A stretch of 64,000 nucleotides of DNA from the human T2T-CHM13v2.0 reference genome, Homo sapiens, in assembly GCF_009914755.1 (NCBI RefSeq), contig NC_060926.1; one strand, written 5' to 3'. A program made the translations under genes and the position numbers. This document shows, piece after piece, positions 29,317 through 44,605 of the stretch (the first letter of the stretch is position 1; every line of letters starts with the position of its first letter). Below the pieces are notes generated by a model. That model made no database searches. It was given only the letters and a program-made list of their open reading frames with translations, and was not told where the DNA came from.

Positions 29317-30063
29317 TGAATTGAACTACATAGCTTTTCTAAGCAGGTTAAAAAAAAAAAAAAAAAAGAAATGTAATGGTTTTTGATAATATGATCCCTT
29401 CAGATTGAATTAACGAAAAGACAACACTTCCAGTTTTTGGATTGGGAAATACCTTCTAATTGAGACTATAGCCAAACCAGGGCCAAAATTATGGATATTG
29501 GTCACCCAGTGATCATAACTAGGCTTGAAAATCACTACACATATTTTCTGCCTTGAGTGAACATTTTTAGAGGAAAGGTTATGCCATCTTTTTACCCTAA
29601 CCACTGATATTCTGGTTAGCAGGGCCAGGACAAGGGGAAGGAAAATGAGGTCAACAAAAAAATCAAATTTTTAGGAAAAGATAAGATGAATGTTACTGAT
29701 TTTTCCTTTTGGCTGAGGCTGCAATATGGCCTGGCAAGGCACTGTTACTGATCTTGTCTTTAACATTTTGATATTTTGTTCATCATAATTTTTGCATTTA
29801 TTTTTTTAAATATTGCATTAAAATATCATTTAGCTTGATTATCGAGTTTTTTGGTTTGAGGTTTTTTGTTGCTTCTTTTTTCTTTTCTTTCTTTCCCCCT
29901 CTTTTTTTTGGATGTCCCCTTAAATTTTGTGCCCAAGGCAGGTACCTCACTCATCTCATCCTTGGCTCAGCCCTGCTGGTTAGTATTTAGTATTTATTTT
30001 AGTAAGATATTTGTGTCTGTATGATGGTCAGAGTTGAACTGATCTGGCTTGTCATTTTTCAGT

Positions 30064-30069
30064 AATAAA
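30064..30069 (+). terminator. Candidate proximal polyadenylation signal AATAAA
   Basis: Canonical hexamer within the 3' UTR, followed by AT-rich sequence. Confidence 0.5.
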
Positions 30070-30556
30070 AAAAGTTACTGAATTTAATGTTGAATATGAT
30101 GCATATCTCATTCATTACGATTTATCAGAAACCAAAGATTTAAATTGCCTAGATTTGTGGTTCTTTCTCTTCCTAAGTTCCCAGCGACTGCTTTCAAATA
30201 CTATTTTCTAAATTTCACCAAAGGAGCAAAGAGGATAAAACAACACTCCATAAAGGCCTCTTGGGATGTCAGAAATCTAAAATCTAAAAGAAAACAGACA
30301 CAGAGCAAGACAATAACATCACAAGCTAAAAGCCAGAGAAATTTAAAATTACCAACATCCTTGTTGGAGTAAGACAGTAAATATCAGCCTTGCAGCAAGA
30401 CAGCTCTGAGCAGCTGTGGGCAAAGAGGTAAACCAGTGGGGGTGCAAGGAGACTGTCTGCAGCTTAGGGCAGAAATGGTGGGATCCAACTTGTGAAATGC
30501 TTCATGTTTTACAAACCAAAAAGTCAGGTAGCAACAAACTTATTGTATGTCAAATC

Positions 30557-30562
30557 AATAAA
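30557..30562 (+). terminator. Distal polyadenylation signal AATAAA
   Basis: Canonical hexamer with an upstream TGTA (CFIm) motif at 30544 and GT-containing downstream sequence. Confidence 0.75.
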
Positions 30563-30822
30563 TGTTACTTTCAATATTCTGAGATTCTGTTCAGCATTCA
30601 CTAACCCTGTTTAGCATTCACTAAGCCCTACATAGGATTCTCAGTGCTCTGTAGAAATCCAGAGGACACTCTTCTAATTCTGTGGGTTTGAATTCTTTTT
30701 TAAAAGAAGCTGGTCATCAGAGTACATGCATTTGTTCTCAGGGTAGCTCCCCTGCTGTGTGTGATACATTACTTGAGGCCTGGTGGGGAAAACTGTATTT
30801 CGGTAGCATTAAAGTCAACGTG

Positions 30823-31137
30823 GGTGGGGCATGGTGGCTCACGCCTGTAATCCCAACACTTTGGGAGACTGAGGCAGGAGGATTGCTTGAGCCCAGGAGT
30901 TCAAGGCCAGCCTGGGTCACCAGCCTATCTGGGTCAGATAGGGAGACACCATCTCTACAAAAAAATACAAAAATTAGTTGAGCATGGTGGCATTTGCTTG
31001 TAGTCCCAGCCACTCAGGAGACTGAGGCAGGAAGATCACTTGAGCCTGGCAGGTCAAGGCTGTAGTGAGACGTGACTGCACTGCAGTCTGGGCAACAGAC
31101 CAAGACCCTGTCTCAATCAATCAATCAATCAATCAAT
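30823..31137 (+). mobile_element. Alu (AluJ-like) with a (TCAA)n tail
   Basis: Dimeric Alu; taaagtcaa flanking duplication. Confidence 0.9.
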
Positions 31138-32703
31138 ACTAAAGTCAAAATTATAGGAAATGACCTTTATTTACAAGGGAAGTTGTCATCACCTAAACAT
31201 TGATTCAACAACTTGATTTTATAAAGTTTTACTGGGTGCCAGATGTATTTACAAGCAAAAGCAATGGGAATGGTGTAGTCAGTTAGTGAGGGCCTCTTTT
31301 CCATCATGTGTAACCAACTTCTAAGGTTTTCAGCTCCACCATGATTCTTTCTCATGAAGCTATCAAGCACAGCCTGTTTTCAATTATTTTTGCTTTTTGT
31401 CCTTCATTTAAAGTAGACTAATGCAAAATATGCTATCTTAATATCATGCTGTTTCTAAATAAGCAATAAAATATTTTCTGTGATCGGAATTTTTGGATAA
31501 ATAGATGAACAGTCTTGACCGAGTCACTCTGAAAGGAACACAAAGTATGGCCTTCATTGTGAAACAAAATTTGCATTCTGGGGAATTGCTGAAGAGTCTA
31601 GTTTAAAAGGCACTATGCAGATCGTTGCTAGTTTCATGCCACTTTCTTCCATCTTGCTTTCTTCGGTTATGGGGTAGGGAATCCAAGCTGGTAATAAAAT
31701 AACTCAATGATCTCAGCCCTATTTAGTGCAGTCAGTGACTGCAAAGAGGTTATTCCACCAGCCCACAAAACTGACCACTTTGTAATATCTCATGGAAAAA
31801 TACTTGTCAGCATCAATGCTCCCAGTCAAAATCAGAGTAAGAACATCTGCAGTCTGCTTCTTGACTGTAAAGAAATAATAAGTTGGATGTTCTATTTTTT
31901 TCTTTTCCTAATGATGCTTATTCACCAAAAGTCACTTGCCAGGTTGAAAGATCAATGTAAGTCAAGAGCAAAGCAGGGATTAACAGGATTTTTTTTTCCC
32001 CATAAAAATAAATTAGTAGCCAACAATGAGAAACTATTAGTTGCAAGGAGTGAGGTGGTTAAGACCAAAAAAAAGAAGAAGAAAATAAAAAGGAAAGGGA
32101 TATTATTCTAGGATTAGGAGAAAAAAATTACAGTAGAACCAAATCGAAAGAGTATATCTTGGACAGGGAACCTCTAAATGTGGAGATTTTCCCTAAATAG
32201 GCTTCAGAGCTAGTTTGGAAGTGCCAAGTCTACACTGGTTGCTACCATCGAGGCAGTCTTTAGTCCAGGCAAGGCCCAGACAAAGCAGGATGTTTAGCTC
32301 TTTGCACAGTCACCACATTAGCAATACCATGGACCTAGGCTGAATAACTGGATAATCCCAAATCTGTCTAGGAGAACTGGAGATTTTTTTTTTAATCAAG
32401 GACTACTTCTGAAAGAAATACAATTAGCAATTGTTTTCAGCCAATTTATAATGAATATTGCTCATAAAAATAAAAAGTATAATATTTAAAACTATTTACA
32501 GTAAAATTCAGAACAGTAAAATCTGACCTGGGAAAATTAGGTAAGAAACAGTAACTATAAACGAAAACTCACAGTGGCAGAAGCTATAATTGGTAACGAG
32601 CAGTATGAATAACAACAAAAAATTGATATGCAAATCTTCATTGTAAAATTAAAATTGAAAATAATCGATTCCATGGGAAAAAAATCAGTACAATAAAAAA
32701 TCT

Positions 32704-33143
<440 letters not shown>

Positions 33144-35280
33144 AAATGTCTCCAGGATCAAAACAGTAGGGTCAGAATCTCCAATAGTTCAAAATGGCAG
33201 GGTCAAAACATCCTGGATACACCTCAAGGCATTCTGACTTAACTGCAACTTTTCCAATTCAGTTGTACCAAAATATTTTATATTTGATAAGCTTTTTAAG
33301 TACCTTCTCTACAATTTATCCTTTTACTTCAACAAGTTGGTACAGATGTGGTATGCTTCTACAACTCTGGTTCTCAGAAACTACTCAATTTTAAGATGTC
33401 ATGATGTAGCTGTGCCACCTTGTTCAGGATGTAACCTCCCTGAAATTTTAAATTATAGAGACTGCACTTAGGAGGTGTATCAACTCTCTTGCCATCATTG
33501 GATCTGAGAAACTACAGTGAAGCTGGGGTGCCCTGGGGAAATTAGAGCGAAAGACCTGGACTCAGCTTCTTACTATTTGCTGTTATTGGAACCGGCTTAT
33601 GAGATTGCTAAAGTGGAAAAAGTGCCAAATGGAGGGTCAAAACTGTCAAGGCTTTAGTGTACCAGCTGACCAAATAATGCATGACCGAACCAACAGAGTT
33701 ACAGAATGAAAAAGATTTATAACCTCATAGTTCATTCAACACTAAAATCAAGATTCAGTTTCTATAACCAATGTCCCATTACTCAAATCTACCAGAGAAA
33801 CTCCTTGCCTACCACCACCCTGATGAAACTTACTCAGCTTTCAGGGTCCTGCTGAAGTCCTGCCTCCCTGGAGACCTCCCCCACAGCTCCAGCCACTTCT
33901 CCATTCTGCTCCTCTCCAAGGCCCTTTATCACACACTCTCTTGCACCGTTACTTCACCCTGACAAACCCACTCCCTTGCAGGTGCTCTGTGAGTACAGTG
34001 CAGTGCTGCCCAAGAACTTGACAATAAGGGAAATAAGACTAAGCTCTGAGAATTAATTGATGAAATGGCTACAATACCTCCCAGGCATGGAAACGTGCTG
34101 CAGGTACCAAGCAATCCAAAGAGAGCATGGGTCTTTCAGAGGCTGTGGTGAGTTGGAACAGCCAAAGCTGGTCGTCAATGGAAGCCTAGAAGAACGCAAT
34201 CCACAAAGGAAAAGGTTAGCCATACTGGGCAAGCAAGACTTTCATGCAGGGCACGACCTGCCCAATCTCAGGTAGTGGCCCTGTAAACTAGATACTATTG
34301 TCCAGCATAATCCCTCCCAAAGTGATGTGAGAATCCATTCAGCCTGAGAAATATGTACCTGGTGTCGAGATGGTGCTATAATCCCGCTCCTCTGAACCTC
34401 TTCTGCGTCACCCCCACAGTGAAGCAACCACACATCACACTGCAGCCACACTGAATTAGCTGCCAAACCCTCCTTTGTCTTCAAAACTTTGTACTCCTTC
34501 TCTCCCCCTACCCCCGATCCAGCTGCCCCTGTATTGTCTGCTTAAGTCACCTTTCAGCTCTCTGCTGAGACATTACCACCTCCAGGAAACCTTTCCAGAT
34601 CCCCGTGTCTGAGTTAGGCCCGCCCTTGTGACTCACATAGCAACTTTTGGTTACTCAATCATATTTATCCCCCTCTATTGTAATAAATCTCCCAAGATTT
34701 GCTCCTCTGTATGCCTCACTGGACTATCGGCTTCATGAAAGCAGGATTGTGCCTATCTTGATCCCCTGTGTATCTCCAATACATAGTTGATAATCTTTCT
34801 CCAATACATAGTTGATACTCTATTTGTTGAATGGATTAATTGATTAACTTATTAATCAGGCTAACACACATCAAATCATCTAAATTCTTGTTCTAATTTC
34901 TTGTTCATTAAGTGACCTTAACAGAAGTCTCCAATCCAGCTAGGAGTTAGGTCTAATGTTGAAATAATTACCATTCTAATTTTATACATCACTCTCCTGT
35001 GAGCTTTGCTAATGTGAGTTGGCCCCTAAGTACAACTCTGAGACATTGATTAAGATTTGGAGTGTATTACTGAGAGCAGATTCTGGGTATGCCATAGACC
35101 CCAAGGGAAAGGCCAGTCTATTTTTCCTAAGAAGCCCCTTGTATCATAGTGAACTGTGCTAATTTTCCATTTTGAATTTTGACACCTAGCATAGCACTAT
35201 AAATGCAAGTTCTCAATAAACACCTGTCATAGGAATAAAAAAGAATAGAAATACTATGTATGTTCACAAATAGTCGTGTG

Positions 35281-35396
35281 TGACTCTACTTATAGATAAA
35301 ATATTTTGATCTGAATTATATAAATATTGAGAGATGTTTTTGTCAAGAAAGCATTTCATGGAATGAATGTCATTATGTCAATTTAATTTCCCGATT
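35281..35396 (-). repeat. Copy B of the local inverted duplication
   Basis: Reverse complement of 33031-33143; bracketed by an 18-nt direct repeat. Confidence 0.93.
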
Positions 35397-36193
35397 AGTG
35401 TGAAATTCGCACATAGATATGTGTGAAATTCACACACAGTCGTGTGAATGTCCTTTTGGACATTCATACAATCTCACTATTTGGCTTTCCTTTTCAGAGG
35501 CCCAAAGTTCTGTCTTTTTAATGAATATGAATTGTTCCTGATCCTAGTGCCCTCTACAGTCCTGCTGTGACTGCTTCTAAAAGTACACAAAGCTTTACTG
35601 AAAGTCTGACCCTGGCAGTTTTCCTTTCCTTTCTCTTACCCAAAGACACCAGCACCCTCATTAGTTGCCAGATGATGCCTCTTCTGGCTGAGACTGGAGG
35701 ACGCTTTGTGTTGGTGCGGGGACAATTCAAGATTTGTCAGCTGGTAGTGGCTGATTATCAAGATGTCCAAACTGGCTCCTTTGCTATGTGTAAGCAATTT
35801 AATTTTGTGCCTAATTTTAATCTGCAGTGTACTGTATGTCTGCATCTGCTGTGTTAAAGCATTCATTAGCATTTAAAGGGGGAGCTGATGGTATTGATCA
35901 CTCTTATTAAAAGTAAAAACAATAATGTGGCAGTAACTGATGAGCATTCTCTTCAACCACTGAAGTCACAGCCAAAGTTTATGTACTCAAAACACTGGCA
36001 GAAACAGAAAATGAGATGTTAAAGCAAGAATACAAGGGGCATCTGTTATAGGCATTTATAGTTGACTACCACCCACCCAACCCCGAGCTTCCCAGATTAT
36101 AAGCTTCTTGAAGGTAGGAAACTTTATTACTGAATTTCTATCACTTGGCTCAGAGTAAGTTTTCAATACATTTTCGGATGAATGACTAAATTA

Positions 36194-36520
<327 letters not shown>

Positions 36521-36579
36521 AGAAGGTGAAAAAACCAATGCATGGTATATAAACACTCAACAAGAACAACTATATTTTT

Positions 36580-37130
36580 CTTACAGACAGCATAATAGCT
36601 ATGTAATACTATGTAACAAATCACCCCAGAACTTAGTGGTTTAAAATAAGAACAAGCATTTACTATCTCACAGAGTTCTTGTGGGTCAGGAATTCAGGAG
36701 TGGCTTAGCTGGCTGGTTCTGGGTTGGGTTTCTAATGAAGTGTCAATCAAGACATTGACTGGAGCCACATTCATCTGAAGGCTTGACTGGGGCTGGAGAA
36801 TCTGCTTTCAAGATGGTCCTCCCAAGAGTGTGCTGGTGTTCTTAGGAGGCATCAGCTCCTCCCCATGTGGACCTTTCCACATCTTTAAGGATCCTCATGA
36901 CATGATGGCTGGATTCTCGCAGAAAGAGTGATCAGGAAGATAAGGTGCAAGTTACAATATCTCTCATGACCTAGCCTCAGAAGTCACACCCAGCCATTTC
37001 TGTAAGATCCTAGTGTATAGACAGCTATACACAGGTCAGCCTACTCAATGTGGGAGGACTGCACAAGGGTACAAACACCAGGAAGTGAGAATTATTGAGG
37101 GCAGGGGCTGTCATCTCATAGGCTTGCAAC
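36580..37130 (-). mobile_element. MaLR LTR (MLT1-like)
   Basis: tgtaacaaatcaccccagaacttagtggtttaaaa...gggtcaggaattcagg...ctgaaggcttgactggggctggag. Confidence 0.85.
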
Positions 37131-38273
37131 CACAGGTACCAGTTAAATCTCTGGCCTCCCCATTGTAATTTGGTGTCTTCTTTTCTAAGCTTTGCTGTTT
37201 CTGCTTGTTTCACGTTTTCCCAGTCTAAAATCTGGACCTAAGCATAGTTCAACTGAGTGTTAGAGCAGGAAGGCATCTTGAAGACCATTTACAGAAGTTC
37301 AATGTGCTCATTTTGCAGATAAAGAAACCAAAGCCTGCAGGGTTCTGAAGCACCTGCCCCATCACTCAGCCAGCTATGGGCAAAGGCAGAGCTCAAGGCT
37401 ACCCAGCTCTGGCTCTTCTCTGTTCTCATTGAAGCTTATGCCTTGTGAAATGTTTAATCTCCAGTAAAAACAGTGTTCATGAGGTCCATCAGCTGTAAGT
37501 TAATGCTTTTGTTATGGTACAGTTGAATTTTCTTGGGTCTCCATAAACAGCGGAAGAGTCTTCATGAATTAGTAGATGAGTAAATGCTTCTAAAAGCAAG
37601 ACATGAAGGCAATTACATTTCTTCTTTCCTTCACCAGGCCTGTGTTGGTTTCCTCCAGATTTCATGGTGCTATACAGAGATTATGTGTTTTATGGAATAA
37701 ATATTTCTAACAAAGTCGTCTTTAAAATAAGTTTTAATGCTCAATTCAGTCAAGCAAACATTAGCTGACACCCACTGGGTGTTAGGTATCAGCCTTGCAT
37801 TCTCTCTGGTTTCCACTGTTAATTCAGGAACAAGTCTCAGAGGTAAGGAGAATTATTTCCCTATTGACCTAATTGGAAACTTGGAAAGAAAGAAATTGAA
37901 ACATAAAATGGCAAAAGAAAAAGCATTTATTTTGTGGAACAGGAATAATTTGTTCCCCACTCCTTTGCCGTTCTTTGGTTCCTTCTGCATTCCTCTCCAC
38001 TCTCCACTCCCCCTTCCCCTGTTTGCACTTCATCCTTGCCTGAGGGACCTGAGGCTCTGAACCTGAAGTTCTTGGGACTTAGCCTACTCTGTTATTCTTT
38101 GTCTTTGTCTTAAAAATGTCTAACAATCACTAGCTCCTGCATTTAATATAACACACTCAATGATGACCTTTCCTTAAATTTGAGCCATTTTAGCAAATCA
38201 CTATCTTATTTTATCAAAGGCTCAAAATAAGTTTACCAAAAATAAGAGCTCTATTAATCCAACACTAGATGGT

Positions 38274-39046
38274 TGTTATGAACTGGATGTTTGTCCTCCC
38301 ACAAATTCCAATGCTAAAACCCTAATCTCCAATGTGACAGTATTTGAAGATGGGGCCTGTATTGGTCCATTCTCACACTGCTATAAAGCACTACCTGAGA
38401 CTGGGTAATTATAAAGGAAAGAGGTTTAATTGGCTCAGAGTTCTGCAAGCTTAACAGGAAGCATGGCTAGGAAGTCTCAGGAAACTTACAATCATGGTGG
38501 AAGGCAACAGGGAAGCAGGCACCTTCTTCACAAAGCAGCAGGAGGGAATGTAAGCAAGAACGAGGAAGTGCCACACTTCAAAACCATCAGCTCTCTTGAG
38601 AACTCACTCTCATGAGAACAGCATGGGAGAAACCATCCCCACGATCCAATCACCTCTCACCCAGTCCCTCCCCTGACATGTGGGGATAACAATTCCAGAT
38701 GAGATTTGGGTGGGGACACCAAGCCAAACCATATCAGGGGCTTTTGGAGTAATCAGCTTACGAGGGTGGAGCCCTCATGATGGAATTAGTATCCCATAAG
38801 GAGAGTCATGAGAGATGAGAGCTTCGTTCCTCTCCCCTACTCTCCTCTCCCCTTCCCTCCTCTCCTCTCCTACATGAGGATACAGCAAGAAGATGGCAGC
38901 CTGCAACCCAGAAGAGGGCCCTAACCAGAACCCAACCATGCCTGATCTGACTTTCCAGCCTCCAGAACTGTGAGAAATAAATTTGTGTTGAGACAAGACA
39001 CCCAGTCTATGGTAATTTGTTAAAACAGCTCAAACTGACTAAGACA
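38274..39046 (+). mobile_element. MaLR LTR (MLT1A/MSTC-like) split by a younger MST LTR
   Basis: aaaccctaatctccaatgtgacagtatt...ccagcctccagaactgtgagaaataaatt...actaagaca. Confidence 0.85.
38358..38736 (-). mobile_element. MSTA/THE1-like LTR nested in the older MaLR
   Basis: tgtattggtccattctcacactgctataaag...gagatttgggtggggacac..gccaaaccatatca; near-TSD gggcc/ggggc. Confidence 0.88.
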
Positions 39047-39144
39047 TTCGGCAATTTTCAGAAGTCCCATTCTTCTTTACCAATACAGATGAAGTTCCAA
39101 GGAAACTCAAAAGGAAATCAACAATATCTGCTTGGTTATGTTGG

Positions 39145-39427
39145 TTTTTTGAGACAGGGTTTCAGTCTGTCACCCAGGCTGAGTGCAGTGGAGCAATCAG
39201 AATTGACTACAGCCTTGACCTCCCAGATTCCAGCGATCCCCCCTCCTCAGCCTCCTGTGGAGCTGAGACTACAGGTACACACCACTACACCTGGCTAATT
39301 TTTTTTTATTTTTTGTAGAGATGAGAGGTTGCCCAGGCTGGGGTCTCAAACTCCTGGATGCAAGTGATCCTTCCACCTTGGCCTCCCAAAGTGCTGGAAT
39401 TACAGGCGTGAGCTGCCACACCCAGCT
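39145..39427 (-). mobile_element. Alu (AluJ-like)
   Basis: Diverged reverse Alu. Confidence 0.88.
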
Positions 39428-39549
39428 TCACCTGCTTGTTTTAATGAGGTTTCTCTATAAGAAACAGTCTCATTCTATCTAGTTCAAACACAATTGAATT
39501 TTCTGTAGCGTAGTATAAAACATATAATGGAAAGAATGATTATGATTAG

Positions 39550-39720
39550 AGTTAACATTTATTGAGTATTCATTATGTATGTGCCAAGCCTGGCTCTAAA
39601 ACCTTTCCTCATTTAATCTTCACACCAACCCAATGAGGTAGAGTCTATTATCATCCCCATTTTACAGTTGAGGAAACTGAGACATAGAGAAATTAGCTAT
39701 TTGCCCAAGGCAGTCCAAGA
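39550..39720 (-). mobile_element. MIR
   Basis: ccccattttacagttgaggaaactgagac. Confidence 0.85.
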
Positions 39721-40451
39721 AATGGAACTGTAATAGGGTAGAACCCCATAAAGACTGGAGCTGGAGATGGTTCAGAATGTGAGGTGGCTCTAGCGGCAGA
39801 TCCTTGCCCTTGTGCTCTGCCATTAATGTGATTCCACTACCCCCACAGGGCTGCTGCTTTCCATGCCACCACCATCTGATCTTCATTGCTCTCCCTCCTT
39901 CAGCTTGCAGCCACAGCCTTCCCATCCTTGCTGCTAGTTCCTGAACTTTTAGCTGCAGCTCCCACCTTTAACCAGTAAAACCTTCAAGCCTTCCATATTT
40001 CTTGTTTCAAAGTGCCAAGAGAGTCTATTTGGCCCAGCTCATATTTTTTAAACAGACCACAGAGGTTGCGGGTTGCTCAGCAGACCCTATGTTGGGTAGG
40101 TGTCCATTCCTGGTCTTGTCAGCTGTGGCCCATAAAGAGAAGAGTACGAGAATAGCAAATGATATAAAGCATGGCTATTTAGGCTACAAGGGCCTGCAGG
40201 TGCAATAATTTCTCTTAGAACAGAGTAAAGGCGTAACCTTTTCAGCACATTGTTATTCTCTAGTGATTAATTTACACAGTTTGCTACAAGGGCATATTTC
40301 GACAAATTTGCTGAATTTAATGTCTATTTTTATGTGGCACTTATAAGAACTGTACCAGGAAAATTACGCAGATAAAAATCTCTGCTTTTTAAGAAAGATC
40401 GGATCAGATAATTTTATATACCAAAGTGTAATCAATTTAAACCAGTATTAA

Positions 40452-41308
<857 letters not shown>

Positions 41309-43554
41309 GAATAAGAAATACAGTTTGTAGAATTTTAGGGATCACTTAGTTCAGTGTTCCTTAAACTGAGATCAGACGTGTTCTAAAGGTCACACATTCT
41401 GTAAGAAATGTTTTAAAGTTTTGTGTTCGTATTTCCAGAACAATCTAAAAAATTAGTATGAATGTATTCTGGAGTATCCATGTGGCCACCTCAAAACTAT
41501 ACACTGCCATGCAAATTATTAAGTGAGTCTGGGTTTTTCTTAATGCCAAATAGTATTAATATTACTCTTGGTGGGCTAAAAATACAAGGGGAAATTTTAA
41601 ACACACATGAAATGCATTTATGCCAAAGCTCACTGCATGTAGTAGTTTGGTTTCCCAGTAATTGGAACACAGAAAAACGATGACAGAATTGAGTAGGTGA
41701 AGACACTGTATTCATGATGGGAACAACAATTTTGCTCTAAAAAACATCCCCTTTCATATCCAATTAATGCTATTAAGTTTGATTTTGTTTATATTCAGTT
41801 TGTAAGTCTGTGAGAGATGTATATAGTTGAATGACAACTCTCAGGAAAGAGGTTTCTGCTTTTTGGAGTGGTGGTTTTCTTTTAAGTAACATCATAACCA
41901 AAGTAATTGAGTAATCCTAGGAGAATCTCATAATTCTTTCCCTTTAAAAGGATGTCATACATTACTCAAGTTTGAGAAATGCTGATTTAAGTCAACCCTA
42001 CTGAGTTTTAGATGGTAGCCACAGGGCCTAAAATAAGCTACAATTAAATCATAGTTACAATTACTACTACTACTGAAAATGGGAGAGAAGAAAAAAACAA
42101 GAAAAAGACATCAGAAAGTGACCAGTAAGATGATCAAGATAGGCATGGTAAACAACCCTGTAAACTAATACTTAAGACAGGGACTGTAACTTTTTCATCC
42201 CGAGTGCCCAGAATGTTAGATCCTCTGTTAAGTGGTAGTAAACTCAAGTGCCCAAGACCACGCAAGGTGGAGACAGAGCCAGAACTGGAGTTTTAGACCT
42301 GTATTCTCTCAACTCCACTCCTAGAGCCTTTAAACACCTGCCTGCCCGGATTACCTAACTGTCATCACTTTCTCATTTCTTTTTCCTGCCTTTTTTCTTT
42401 CCTCAGTTCTCAGTAGTAATAATAAATTTAACTATACTTTATAGCTAACTCTGTGCCAAGTGCTTTAAAAACATGATCTTGTGCCATGTTTAATTAGACT
42501 CCGCAAATCCTGGATTGTCTTTACTTTTGTTTTCTTTGCAATTTTGTTTTTCCCATGTCTTCGTCTTGAAGTTTCTTGAGCTAGGCAGCTTTTCAAGCTG
42601 AATGGCTGCCGGTGTTCCTGAAGGGTGTGCACTTTCAACCTGAATTAGGCCATTGTGCCTATTATTGGGATCATGAATTAATGATACTTGTCAGTCATTA
42701 TCTTGAGAGCTTTTTGTTGTCCTTAAAGACAGTTCATTTTGCTTGCTATTGTGACTGTGACAATTTGGTTCTCAGTAAAAGACAGTTTACATGCGAGTGG
42801 AAACCTTTGTGTTTTGTAGTGTTCTGCTATGAGTTATGTTTTCCTCAGCCAAGTTCCCTGAAAGAAAACACCCTTCCTGTTCTCCCCTCAATCCATTATT
42901 TCTACCGTGACAGGTTTCTCAAGCAAACAGGAAAACCATCAAATGTAACAAACCTTTTTCTTTATGTAGCGCTTCACAGCCGAGCACAGAGGCTGGCCCC
43001 CATAACAGGCAACATTACCACCTTAGTTAAACACCGTTATCTCTGTTCTACAGAGGTGAAAAGATTTCCCTGGTGGTATTAGAAAAATCTAGAGTGCTGT
43101 CCAAATTTTAATGCAGAAGAACCAAAGTTTAGTCTTTTATCCAGATCATTGTGGTCCCATGTACATCATCCTTGCAAGACTGATTCCATTTATAGCTATA
43201 GAAAGATAAAAATGAGCATTCTATTCAACCTGCAGGGCCGTAATCAGACTGTGCTAGGTCTTGCTGCTACAAAAAGACAGCACTTGGCTTCCCTGAGTGG
43301 GAAATTAGCATGAACTCCATTAGTTTGTGTTTTATAAAGACACGAACATTTCCCCTAATACATATCTTAAAAGAGAATTTCTCAAAAGATAGCTATTCTC
43401 CCCAGCCTTGCTACCAATCACTCTGTTATAGCGGGATGGATATCTCAAGTTTTATTAACAAATTATTTTACTAAATAAAGCCTAGATAAAAGATACACTC
43501 GTTCTGAGCTCCCTAAAAAGTTAGTGTTCTATCAGTGCTGGAAAGAGCGACTGA

Positions 43555-43874
<320 letters not shown>

Positions 43875-44478
43875 TGATTCCAATTTAAAAACAAATGATT
43901 AAGAACAAAGACAACAAAGAAAAGCAATCATAACCAGCACACACACTCTTCTTAAAATTGCCATTCCTGAGTTTGCTGCAGCATGTGGAAAGCAAAACAT
44001 TACCATTAATAGACAAGGAAAGGAAAATAATCCCAATCCTTTCTGCACTTCCAGAGTTTGACCTTTAACAGAGTCAGAGCTGGGTTGAAGGTAAGGAGAA
44101 GCCAACATTAGCTCAGCTGGTTGTCAGACCCACCACTGAAAAGTACTGGCTCCTTTACCATAGTGAATAGCTTCTCTGACAAAATTAGGGTCTTTGGCAG
44201 GGGTGGGGGTCACTATTTTATTTTTATTTTTATTTACTTACTTATTTTTGAGACAGGGTTTCACTCTGTCACCCAGGCTGGAGTGCAATGATGCATTTGT
44301 GTCCGGAATTGGTGGGTTCTTGGTCTCTGCGACTTCATGAAGCCGCGGACCCTCCAGGTGTTACAGTTCTTAAAGGCGGCGTGTTTGGAGTTTGTTCCTT
44401 CTGATGTTCGGCAGCGTTCGGCGTTTCTTCCTCCTGGCGGGCTGGTGGTCTCGCTGGCTCAGAAATGAACCTGCAGAC

Positions 44479-44605
44479 CTTCTCCGTGAGTGTTACAGCT
44501 CACAAAAGCAGTGCGGACCCAAAGAGTGAGCAGCAGCAAGATTTACTGCAAAGAGTAAAAAACAAAACCTCCACAGCGCGGAAGCAGACCTGACCAAGTT
44601 GCCAC
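44479..44605 (-). ncRNA. MAP3K20-AS1: Predicted first exon of an LTR12-initiated antisense lncRNA (probably MAP3K20-AS1 / MLK7-AS1)
   Basis: Start expected about 25-30 nt past the TATA-like box; minus-strand donor GAAG|GTCTGC at 44479/44478. An antisense lncRNA starting downstream of MAP3K20 is known; assigning it to this LTR is inference. Confidence 0.55.

Larger units (their letters stand above)
29317..30582 (+). other. MAP3K20: ZAK-alpha 3' UTR (end approximate)
   Basis: Repeat-free, U-rich sequence between the stop codon and the distal AATAAA. Confidence 0.8.

Noticed and set aside
34774-34817. Short direct repeat tctccaatacatagttgata x2 (similar small duplications near 19286, 26045 and 30588)
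   Set aside because: Ordinary slippage duplications with no further structure.
42612-43082. 156-aa ORF in non-repeat sequence
   Set aside because: GTG start, no recognisable domain, composition typical of random AT-rich DNA and no supporting exon structure.
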